DNA from: Antedon mediterranea
Taxonomy: Eukaryota; Animalia; Echinodermata
Reading direction: 5' to 3'
Length of the DNA: 64,000 nt
NCBI RefSeq assembly: GCF_964355755.1
Contig: NC_092676.1
Location: 15,456,871 to 15,520,870 of the forward strand
The translations under genes and the position numbers were made by a program. Of this stretch, positions 23,215 to 35,600 are shown one piece after another (the first letter of the stretch is position 1; each line of letters starts with the position of its first letter). Under the pieces are notes generated by a model, which saw only the letters and a list, made by a program, of their open reading frames with translations, was not told where the DNA came from and ran no database searches.

Positions 23215-23385
23215 AATTCACTGATGAAGGGCTAGTGTTGCCCAAAAGCTCTGCTAACTTTTCTGGCTGTTTTACTTATCGTTTTGATTTAGCTTTTCGC
23301 TTTTTTTTGTATCTCCATTGAGATCCAGCCACTGATACCCACAGCATTGTCATTTTTTCAGTAATTTGCCTTTGGATTTATATTT
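23215..23385 (+). mobile_element. Penelope-like pseudo-LTR fragment with degenerate hammerhead ribozyme
   Basis: CTGATGA-A-GGGC(TAGTGTT)GCCC-AAAA-GCTC; the downstream ~100 bp recurs at 41820-41955 and, more diverged, at 42975-43100. Confidence 0.65.
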
Positions 23386-25412
23386 AAATGTATAATACAC
23401 AAACATAATAAGAATGTTTATTTATCCAAAATTATTAGGCCTATGTTTTGAAATGAAATAAAGATGACTGAAGCTCACAAAAGACAAAATAAAGTTGTGC
23501 CAAATTCTGTAAATCCATGGGTATTTTGTTCTTGTTTTCTATTACGTATTTAAAATTTATACATATATTAGCCAAATTTAATATCTGAAATTTATGCCTC
23601 GATTTTAATCTGTTTGTACTTTAAAGCGTTGGTTCCCATTTAAACACAATGGTACAATGTACTTATTGGAAACCCAAGTGAGTCGACCAACCACTAGTCT
23701 GGGTTCCACCAACCACAAGCGAAGAAAAGGATGATCCATCATATCGTAATTGGTCAATCAAATCAAGCTTTATGGTTTGATAGATACCATTCACTCGACT
23801 GAAAATCTTTTTCTCGATTTCATACTTAACTGTGTTGCTTCGAAGTTTAATAAACGTCATACATAATATTTATATTTGATAAGATATTAACTCTAATTGA
23901 GGTAACCAAACGTTTTCAAAGCGAAACAAATAAGTTCTTACAGTGCTTTTTCTTTATTGCTCATACAACTATTAACATACATTCACATAATAGAAATACA
24001 TTCTCATAACTTCCTTTTAACACTAATTCAAACATATCCATCAAACAATTATATACCTATATATACTTACTATAATAATTATACAATAAATAATCTTTGT
24101 TCTTTCTGTATACTATTAAATCTGTATTTTCTATACATAACATAATAATTGCTTTTTAATACACGTAGAAGTTCAACATAAACGTTGACTAAATTGCACG
24201 TACGGTAGGTCTGTTTCTACCAACTTAATTAATGTAGGCCATAGGCCTACTGTAAGAAATGATGGTCTTTTAAACCAGACATTCCCAGACTTGGATGATA
24301 CTTCCCTAAAAGTATAATCCTAAATGGAACACACAGTTGTAATACAAGGTAATCCCTAATAATATGCTCTTGCTTATTTTATTATTTTTAAAAATAATAA
24401 TTATTATTTTTTTTAATTGTGTAAGTGTATATTTTTTACAAGAGCATACATTTTGGAAGAAACTAAATGTAAAACCGTTTGTTGGCAAGTAATTTTTAAA
24501 TTCCACTATTATCAAAATTTGTAACAAACTTCTACTGTACTTTATGAATATTTCTACAACTGCTTATATTTCGTCTTACACTTGATCTGCTATTATAACT
24601 TCGTTAGTTATAGTATTAAATTATAGAATATATTATACTTAATAGTTTTTGGTAATTTTGTAGTAACTAAATAAAGTAAACAATAATGAAAATACATTTA
24701 AATACGAAACGTACACACTGTTGTTCGTTGCGACGATATTTACATCTAATTTAGTTTGACTGTTAATTTCACTGTCTCACTGCTTTGTCCTTTATATAGG
24801 CCTACCTCGCTTTCAAAAGAGAAATATAAAAGTAATTCTAGGCACCAGTATATCATTATCTTTTTATTAGGCCTAACTCAAATAATTAGTTTCTATACTA
24901 CTTTAGTTGCAAAAACGCACTCATCACTTGCAATGCTGGTCACGTGTTCCGTTGTATGTCATTGAGTGGTCCTTATGCAATTGGGGAACGGTGCATTTGT
25001 ACATAGCGCGGCTTGCCGTTTTATTAACACGTCTTACGCTTGTAGTGAAAGCTAATACTTTACGATTAATGATGACAACTTTATATTCACAATTCAAAAA
25101 CATTAAAAGAAGAATTGAATTTAAATAATCCAAATTATGAGCTGATGCATATTAGCGGATTAACGTGGAAGATCCGATTGAAATGACTTAATTTTTTGAT
25201 AAACGTCCACTAAGTAAATACATATTTGCTTGTATATTTTGTATAAAATGAAATACAAAATTTACAGACCAATGAGCACCATGTGAATCATAAATGCAGC
25301 GAACATTAATTTTATATTCACTAACAAGATCACATTGCAACATTATAAGAATCGTTGATATAAAATTTGCGGTACACCACGTGTATTAGTTCTGAAAAGA
25401 ACTGTTGCGTTT

Positions 25413-25452
25413 CTCGACGTTTCGATCAATATGCTTTGATCGTCCTCAGGAG
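25413..25452 (-). ncRNA. Type I minimal hammerhead ribozyme (Penelope-associated)
   Basis: Minus strand: CUC-CUGAGGA-C-GAUCAA(AGCAUA)UUGAUC-GAAA-CGUC-GAG; core, stems I and II and palindromic stem III (ACGU) present. Confidence 0.7.
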
Positions 25453-26314
25453 TGAGAATATAAGAATTAAACATTAGTTTTAGTAGCCGTTCGTTACCTT
25501 TGATTTATAAGTTCCAAATTATGATCGTAAGATATCACCTTTTTAGGAAATTGAATTGCCAAATACGACATTGTGCAGCACTAGATAATGCTTTCTACTA
25601 TAACAAGTTGCTGGAACTCATACCTCTAAAACACCATACACGGTGTTCATACTTCTAAACCACCGAGTTTGTATATTCATCATTTAGCAACTTCCCAAAC
25701 AGACGCAAACAAAATCGAATTATTACGCGAGTAACAACATTTCTTATATTTTAAGCCATTTATGTTGTTTAGGCCTATATAAGATATTGTAAACGTAATG
25801 CACTTATTAGGTCTACGAGCACACTTTTAGTTGTGGGTGTGGGGTAGAAAGTGTTCACCATTTATTTTGTCAAAAAAATCCAAAATATATTAGTGTTATT
25901 ATATTCTAAAGAAATGATATAAAAATAACGTTCTTAGATGTCCATAAATTGAACTTCAAAAAGGGAGACTTCATACTTAGTTTAGATATAACAATTTTCT
26001 TAGATGAACATGAGAGATGATGTTTGTGTAGGTCTTATGGCTTCACGGGAAATCACACATTTCCGTTCCAAAGAGATCCTGGTTCTCCGTTCTCAAAGTT
26101 ACAAATGTTACTATTTTTCAACCACTCTTCCCCTCGACATTCTTTGATTTCTAAATATTAATACCCCTGAGAATGGTAATGAAAAAAACAAAACAAATTG
26201 TGTTTATCTTAATTCACTAACATAGTAAAAACTTTGTTTCTAAATTTAAATATGTATTTCGCCATTGTTAATTTCTGGAATGCAGTATCTACGGGTGTGT
26301 ATGTTAGTAGCGGG

Positions 26315-26638
26315 TTAATCTGATTCTACAAGGTGTTCTTCATTTTCGTTGGCTGTAGGTTGCACTGATTCTTCCTTTGTTGTGGGATAGACACCATTCG
26401 GAGTACCTTCCCCATAATTTGAGTTGTGTATAGATGTTCCAAATGTTGTAGTACTGATGTCCGTCATCGCACCGTATCCCTTGAGCGTATCTGTACCATT
26501 CGTGGAAGAGAAGTCGGCAACTTTCGGGTAGTCTGCCCACGGCTGTTTCTCACCAGATGCAAACATACCATAAAATATAACGCCTACAAAATGTATGATG
26601 GCAGCAATTAGAAACACTTTCTCCCATTCCTCGGGTGT
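26315..26638 (-). CDS. VGLUT: VGLUT terminal coding exon
   Basis: [35 protein letters not shown]...EEHLVESD*. Confidence 0.92.
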   Translation of the reverse strand, partial: TPEEWEKVFLIAAIIHFVGVIFYGMFASGEKQPWADYPKVADFSSTNGTDTLKGYGAMTDISTTTFGTSIHNSNYGEGTPNGVYPTTKEESVQPTANENEEHLVESD

Positions 26639-29600
26639 CTGTGAAATTAATAATACCATACCATAGTGACGTGTTACTAGCTTTTAAATCACATAAATTA
26701 ACCTCCTCTATTATTCTTTAACAATCTCTAGAATGCTTTCATTTATTTTGGTTATAAATTTCAACTGATGTATATAAACCGTTGTCATTTGTATTTCAAT
26801 TGTGACAATTAATTTTCATTTTTTAAGCATTAGTCAAGATTATAATGTGAATGTTGTAGATAGAAGACATATAAATTTCCCAGGAGAGTTGAACCTAAAG
26901 GTTGATTGGAAAATAAATTGTAATTAATTTATCTTTTTTCTTGTGGCAATTGCAGTGAATTGCTGTAGTTTTTATATGGATGAAACGAGAAAGGTAGCCC
27001 TGTAGAATAAGCATTAAGTTTCGACAGAAAGAACTTATATGACTATGAATTTGTAATTTGATTCTCTCTGTAAAGATAATAAGCAACTTAGTCTTATATA
27101 TACTGTATTATCCTTATTGCAACATTTTTATCACAAATTTAAGCCTACAGAAATTTACTTTAGATTATTACAGTATAAGACTACCTTTTCTGATGTGATA
27201 TTGGTAGTAATTAGTGGGCAGAGAATACCAGCAAGTGTGCCTGCCGAATTGGTTATTCCCATCAGAATACTGGCGTAGCGTGGTGCAATATCCAGATGAT
27301 TAACATTGAAACCTGTAATAAAACAAATAAAAAACCAGATCATATTGAGTTCCAATCGGCTTGAAAAATGATACACATCCAATATTGTGTATATGACACT
27401 TTATACATTAGTTGAAACCTAGTGAAAGTGCCTTTTACCCCAAGGACAATGTATAATACAGCACAGACTGGGTGTTTCGTAAGATATTAAAGGTATAGTA
27501 TATTTCTGTTGTTTAACTCCGTAAAATTTAGCACTTTTTATTTCATTATAATCATATTAAATTTGTGTGCAAATTATTTACCCGTCAGCTGTTTTCCATT
27601 GAGTATTAATGACGTTTGATGACGCACGTTATCAATATTTAAACAAACACCATTAAAAAATAAAACAGTTGACATACAGCAATTTAATTATGCATTGGAA
27701 AAGATACATTTAGAAATATTTCTGAAGATTAGAAACAAACCAATCGATCAATTTTCTTGCTGGCTTCTAATTATAATACAGTTATGTAAAGCATAATTTA
27801 GGATTGAGCTATTAAAACCGAATGGTTAGGATACTTATTGTCATAGAGAAAGACTCGAGTTTAATTCAATGATTCTTTGATGAAAGTTATGATTTGTACG
27901 TTACATTTTCTTTTTTAAAAAACCTAATTATTACGTTTCATTGTTGTATGTTTCTAGTCTGCAATTTAAGGAAATAAATGTTTATTTTGAATTGAAATTT
28001 TGAATATGAAATTGCCAGGAAGGTAAAGGGTCTGTGGCCTGACAGAAACACTTTACCTGAAGCAGCAAAATAGTACTGTATTCCTACATACACTATTTAA
28101 CTACCGGTACTCTTCTGTCCATTAAATGATGCGGGAAGAGCCTCTGAGAATCGTTGGAAATTTGTTGATGACATATCGGAGTCAATCCTAACCCTGACAT
28201 GCTATACTCAAGCAATCTCAATGTAAACTTTATGAAATCCTAAATACATTACCCCCAATTTACTATAAGTGAAAAACTGATACTGTTTACAATATGTAAT
28301 TGTTAGGTCTTCAGTTACAAGACAACTGTTGGGATATCCAAATTAAAGGTATTATTTCTAGAGCAAGTAGAAGAATGTTTCTTCTTTATGCACTGAAGGG
28401 CTATAATGCACCAATTAGTGACATGTTAAGTTAATTGATCAACTCTATATTCGATCAGTGACTGAGTATGCATGCGTAGTTTGGCACTCTGTCATTACCA
28501 AATATCACATGCAAAATTATGCTCGGCCAGGGCAATGAGAGTTATTATATTGTCCTTTTAAAACACCAGTCTTGCTGAACGTAGAGAAAAATTAATATTA
28601 TTTAGAGAAGCCTGAATCCTCAAGTCAGAGAGAGGCATCGTAATATATAGCCTGCTTAAAGAGCCAATGTATCTAGATTACTTAACCCCAATAGATTTAC
28701 CTAGAATAAGCACTAATTGATAAAACAATTTAGCGATTCCCTATATTATAAAAAGAAACCGGAATGCCACCTATTTAATGTAAAAAATAATCAATTGAGC
28801 AGTGCAGATAACTTAATTTTTATTTATAGTATTATATTTCATTATTCCTATTTCATTAATTTAACATTCTAATTGTATTTTTCGAAGTTGTATTGATATA
28901 TATATATAGTTTATATATTTGTTTATTGTAATGCAAACTTGTTTAGCTGTGTGCTATCGCTTTGTACTTGCATGTGAAACCACCCAAAAAGTGGTCATGT
29001 CGGTCATATAGGAAAGGATCGATGAGGCCTAACTACATTGAGTCTGAAGTGAATAATCAGTTACGTATGATTGTTTTATGTATAAAATAATAGTATGTAG
29101 GCATTAAAATTAGAAACTGTAATTTTGTTATTAAAATCCGGTAAATTTAATAATAATTCTTACCTGAAATTGCAAAGCCACTTGAGCCGACAGCTATTGT
29201 CATACAAATGATAGCCATTTTGGCGCCTCTTGCATATGCGGTGATAAGAAGAAATAATGCCTCACCACCAAAACCTGAATTATAAAATACGTTATCGCTT
29301 TACAAATTCTGAAAGTATTCAGGAAAATTGTAAATTTGATCGGGTGAGATGTGATGCCTTTTTCTTTTGTGTTGAGGTATACAGTAATGTTGGCAATTTT
29401 GTTTTCATTCCTTCTGTCTTTTATTTTACGTATGAAATATAAAAATCTAAAATACTCTGATCAAAATACTCCTTGTCTACTTATATATTTTAATGAATAT
29501 GTTGAATTTATAATAATACTATTAAAAAAAGCTACTTAAGCTATGTCATCTCTTAAGTATAACAATAAATGGTATTTTCAAAGAAATACATTTGACAATA

Positions 29601-32600
29601 AATTTTATCGTGAATAAAGTACCATCCACGAAATCAAGGTTTTACGTATACGGAATTCATAATCAAAAACTTCATCCAATTTGACATGTATAGTCGGCTA
29701 CTTGAAAGACAAACTATACCTTTTAAACTTAATGAAAATATTTTTTAAGTGCTTTATAAAACGTTTATAAACCAGTCATTGTTCCGTTTCTTTTAAAACC
29801 CAATTTATTTTGATAAAAAGATATAAATTCATAATATAATAATGTTATGAATAATTAAAAACATGTACTAAGGATCCACGAAAATGCAAATTTGAGACTG
29901 TTATTACTTTATTTTATATATTATATAATTAGTAATATTATATGTAAGCGAACTATAAATAAAAAAAATGACTAACGCAATTCGAATAGTTAGGAGATAA
30001 TTTTTGTATCAAATGATTTCAAAGGCTTACCACCACAGTTGAACAGTTTGCGCACGGTGGTCGTTGTCATCAATTGTCGACGTCGAAGGAAATCAGCTAG
30101 TTGACCGCCCAGAGGAACAATGATAGCCATTACCAGGTGAGGCAAAGCTGATAACACACCAACCTATTTAATATCAATACCATTGAAAACAATTAATAAT
30201 TATTATTGACAAGTATTCAATTTGCTTGTTCGTTTCCAATAATATATTGTTTTCCTTCGTATACATTTGCATATTGTTAAATATGGGTTTAAAATAAATG
30301 TAGAATCAAGCTTTAATTTAAAAACCAAACACAAGAAAAAAAACGTGTCTAGTATTAAATTCCATTATTCTTGTTTTATGCAAAGCATGTTTTATTGATG
30401 ACTTTGTCTATAATTACCTATCAATCCAATCATTTATTCAGGAGTCAGTAGCAAGCACGTTGTATTATAAAATTAAGAATAGACTTGATCTTTTTTCTCA
30501 TTAAGAATACATCAGTGATAAATAAATACGAATTTTACATTCTTATAATTTAGTAGTCTGTGGTCGTAAATCAATCATTATACATTGGCAGAGACTTACA
30601 GTCTCATTGGGTCAGTCGAGTCAACCTGAAATAGACGCTCGTCTGTTTCATTATTACACTCACATTTTTCCTTTCAATCTTTTATTAATCAATCGATTAC
30701 TGAAGTTTGAAAAAAAGGGTTTGTTGCCCTTTTCGTCAATATATATGGCATTTATCAACCAGCTTATTACAATGAATACGATACTTTAGTTTGCATTCAT
30801 GAATGTGGTATGTGTGCTATAATGTATTAACTAGAAGAGTTCGACACTTTATAAGAAGAAGAACGTATCTACAGTATTTCTATATAAAATCAAGTAGGAC
30901 CTACCTTTGATATTTCGTAATGAAATACTTCCTCCAAATAAGATGGTTGACCAGTAAGAAATAAATAAAAAGTCCAGCTTCTTGCAAAATTTGCTACGAT
31001 TATAGCATAGACAGGCATTGATGTAAAGAAACTTGACCAAGGAGTCGTACTGAACTGTAAATAATAAACATTACATTAATAATAATAATACCAATGATAA
31101 TGCAAGAAGGCATTGTCAGATAGATGATAAATAAAAACATTCCCAATAAATTTCTGATTAGTGGATTTTCTTAGAAGTGTATTAGTGATTCTGATACTGT
31201 TTGCTTCAGCCGGAAGGCTTTCATTTTACATTTTGTCTCAATCAGTTTGTTTTTTCTGCTCAAAATTATAAAAAGTATTTAGAACTAGAAGTTGTAATGA
31301 CTAAACACAGATTGCTTTGTCATCAGTTTCCCATCAGAGTTTTATGAACTTTTAGGAGCCGGTTTACTTAGGCCTAGGATTACCAAACCCGGAGAGATAC
31401 GATACAAAATTTGACATTCCTGACTGTCCTTCAGTGTGCAAGCACAGTACCTTTACTTTTACAGCAGGGGCACTGACATTCAGTGTCAGAATAATATTAA
31501 CCTAAACGTGGAATTATTTTATGAATAAATGACAATTAACATTGTTTTGTTTTATCATATATTATTATTCAAACCCACTATTTACTAAATGTTTACAATT
31601 ACAACCTAATACTCAATTTTGATGCTGTGCCGTCGAAGCAAGTATTTTCTGAAATTTCTGTCATATATAATAATACCTGCTGTAGAAACATATTGTTTCA
31701 GTCTAGAGACAAAACTCTATATATCCTTCAAAAAGTGAAAGCCAAAATCGATGATACTCTCTCAGTCTTGATAATACAGTATCTGATTCTTTATTGTTGA
31801 AAATAGAAATAAAGTTTACGTTGAAATAGAAAATCATCGGAATGTCGTTTAAAGTATCATCGAGCAGTTGATGTGGGAATAACTGTATGACGAACACCAA
31901 ACCGCTATAAATTGTTAACTGGCGTTATCATTCTCGAGAGATGGTTAGCTTTTTATTTATAATCTCCAAGATATCACTTCATATCCATGTCTGTCGTGTC
32001 CTATCATAAAAATACTGATTTGAAGATAGATATGAAATATCTTAATGTACTGAAGACTTCCAAGATTGTTTCAACGTACGTAATGTATACTCAATTCACC
32101 TTGGCATTAAGAATTGATGAACGGGCTATAACAATGTTTGCAAATTGTAAGAAATATATCGCACTTATTCCCTTTAATGCCTTCTTTTCCCCCGGTAACA
32201 CATAACTTTCTTTTCCACATTTTCCACATACTTCCGTCTGAAGTTATATTATATCCGAATACAATAAAGTACATGTTTGAAAAGTATATTGTAGTACTTT
32301 GCCTATACTACCGATTGTATGCCCAACCATGAACATATTACATGCTGGTTTATTATTATTATTGTAGTACTTTGCCTATACTACCGATTGTATGCCTAAC
32401 AACATATTTCATGCTGGTTATTTATTTACTCTTATTTAAAGATGTATTGTCTACCTGAATATGCCTTTTTTTTTTGGCCACTTTGAACAAACATTGAATC
32501 GAAAAAAATGTTTCACTTGAAAAAATGCGTAATTTAAAGTAAAAAAATAGAATAGTAATATTTGTTCATGTTTTGTGGGAGGAAGGCAATACATCTTTAA

Positions 32601-35600
32601 GTACCATAAATTAATTTCCTCTAATCATTCTCACTGTATATACCAGCAGTAGTAGCTTTTATATGTAATTTTTGATTTGTTAGTTATTGAATTATTGCAA
32701 AGTAATTAGATTATGATACAGAAGACTGCCACCTTTCATTTATTTATGTTTAAATAAAGTTAAAACTTATGTGATCGGACCTCCTAATAAAAGTATACTG
32801 TTATCTATATAAAAACACTATATAACTGTAGAATAATAGTTTTTAGCTCGGTTAAAAATATTGTTATCATCACATTTTGAGCAATTTTATGTAAACATTT
32901 TCTTTGGAACAAAAGGCAAATAACATAACTAGACGCTAGCAAGAAATTGATAGAAATGCGTTTTAATGACATTTATGAGTTGTACTAAGAACAATGTGTT
33001 TCTTATTTTGGTCATCATTTCCTATAGGTCTAGATTCATCGGCATTTCAACCAAGTTCATGGATCAGTACCGGTACTGTATATCTCTTTTTTGGAATCAA
33101 CCCGATTTTTGTCTAAAGAATTTAAAAAATAGAAAAAAAAATTAAACAAACCTTTGTACTTGTGGCTCGTTCGCCTATACTCTCCAAGATGTAATTCTTT
33201 TCTTGTAATGTAATAGTTGGGTGAGAGGATGGACTGTCATGGCTAATTACTATAAACACAATGGCCCATGTGATACCCATTACACCTAAATACAATTGAA
33301 ACAAGTTAAGGATTATCTGTGGAGGAGATGAGAGCTATCAGGGAATATACACATTCCTCCTATAATACCATGGTCTATACATCGAAATAACATTCTAAAG
33401 TTTAGAGTTTGCTCATCTAAATCATCACAACTCAAGATTGTGTTCTTTTTGATAGATTAAAACAATTATGCCTAACAGCCGTTTAACTAACAGAATAAAT
33501 TAATGAAGTATCACTGATACAATATAGGCCCAAAAACAAATCAGAATTTGGTATATTTATAAATGAAATGTAGTTTTACAGACTTTTTTTTTTACTACCA
33601 GTGTATTTTTTATCAAAATAATTTCAGTTTTTGTTGAAGTTTTTTTACACCAAATACAATTAGTTTCATTCAAAAGTATTAATGTCATTATTTATCTTGT
33701 TCAATTACACTTTGCATTCCAAAGGTAATTCGTAATTGGTTTTTGTTTAAAAATAACCTTACAACTTGTAAATTATCATTTATCTAAAGTATGAAGTAAG
33801 CCAGCGAACTGTCTGGAATTTAGACTATTTCAAGTATTACAAATATTACTTCCAAGAAAAGTTAGCTTCTTTAACAATTTCATCGATATAATACATCTAC
33901 CTTCATAAACACCATTAGAATGTATCTTAAAGGAATGCAGTATTATTTCTTTTAAAATGTGTAGCATTGTAGATATAATTCATATAAAACGAAGTGCGGT
34001 AAAAATTTTTTGAAATTTATTGTTGTTTAGAGTAAAATCGATTTTGAAGTGTAGATTTTTCAAAAAAACCGCGGATTCTCTATGAGCCGCCATGTTTAAC
34101 ACGAAAACGAGGTTGTGACGTCATTGGTTTGACAGAGAAAATCATCCAACTGTGAGACTGCCCGTAGAGCGTGGATGCCTATATATACACAGAGCTAAAT
34201 TAAGATGAATCACGGATTACAACCTTACCAATTAGAACCCAGAAGAAGAAGAAGAAGAAGAAGAGATGTGGAGGAAATAGAAGGTTTAGATAATATTGTC
34301 GCACATGAAGGAGAAGATATAGAATGGAGGAAAGTAAACAAGGAGGAATGGTGCCAATGCGGACGGTGTGAATTGATGGACACTGCTGTGGAATGCCTTT
34401 GTTGTCGGGAAATTGAAAATGTACGAGCGAAGATGAACATAGGATCAGAAAACGAAATGGCATGCATTTTAGACCATTTTGAATTCGAATTTGTATGTTT
34501 ACATCCTGCAGTAATTAGAACTGCACTTGTTGCCCGGACAGACATTAGGCGAGACAGCATCGTTGACCCGATCCCGAACGAAACATTTCGCCTTCAGGCG
34601 TACAGGCAGTTCACCTACTGGGTGCATGACCGCCTTGGTAAAGCCGTACGACGAGTCATCCCAGCCTGCGTCGTAAACAAAATCAGAAAGGACTTTCCTA
34701 GCATTGATGGAAATTATGTTGGATTTAAAGAAGTCGAATAAATCGAATGGTATCAAGATGTTAATTCATAACATTTAATTATCGAATGCATCAAATAGTA
34801 ACATTTTTTATAGCTAGGCTATGCCTACCTAGTTAGGCTAAATAAAAGCCATTTCCTTGATTATAAATTTTGTAATAGACATTATTAATATACTGTAACA
34901 AGAAAGAAGGGCGATTTATTTTAATTCACTTAACAAGGGTATGTAAATAAAAATTAAAAGCAACAAACAGTAACAAGTGTTTTCTGTTTATTATTTGTAT
35001 GCAAGCATTGTATTAAAAGCTGTTCCAAAACAGGGAAGAATCAAATCCAATCAAAATGTAGTTATTTATCATCTGGCCGGCCAAATATGTGAAATATAAT
35101 TCGCGAATATAATTAGACGTATTTTGCAGAAAGTTACTGAGCGTCATCTTACAGCAATTGCACAACAACACAATAATTATTATAATAAACATTTTTGCAT
35201 CGGTAAAATTAGTTTATTCACTATTTTCAGAGAATTTCCTTCAATGCCTTTTTTTTATTAATTCAACCAAAAACTATACACTAATAATTGCATCAAGAAA
35301 ATATTTAAGAAATTGTATTTATAGTAATATAATATGTAAGGTTTCATCTTTAGCAGTTTAAAAAGATTTTTTTACAAAACAAAATAAGCATAAATTAGCT
35401 TTGTTGGTTTTAATGTAAACACACTATGAAAGCAGAAACCTAGTTCTAAAATCTTCAATCGCATCTTCTTTCTCTGGTTTCTCAGAAGAAGCAATGTTTG
35501 TTGGAAGATCTGGTCTGTCTACATAACGTTGACCTAGAACTATAGCGCTATCTTCACGTCGGTCACACACCATTTCCATCAGTCTCTTTCTAAATTCGAA

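Noticed and set aside
29005-29055. Hammerhead-like GATGAGGCC motif; also CTGACGATGACC at ~2586
   Set aside because: Core incomplete: no properly placed stem II + GAAA.
34205-34741. A true P2X7 purinoceptor gene
   Set aside because: No transmembrane helices or ATP-binding ectodomain exons nearby; the ORF lies between transposon TIRs.
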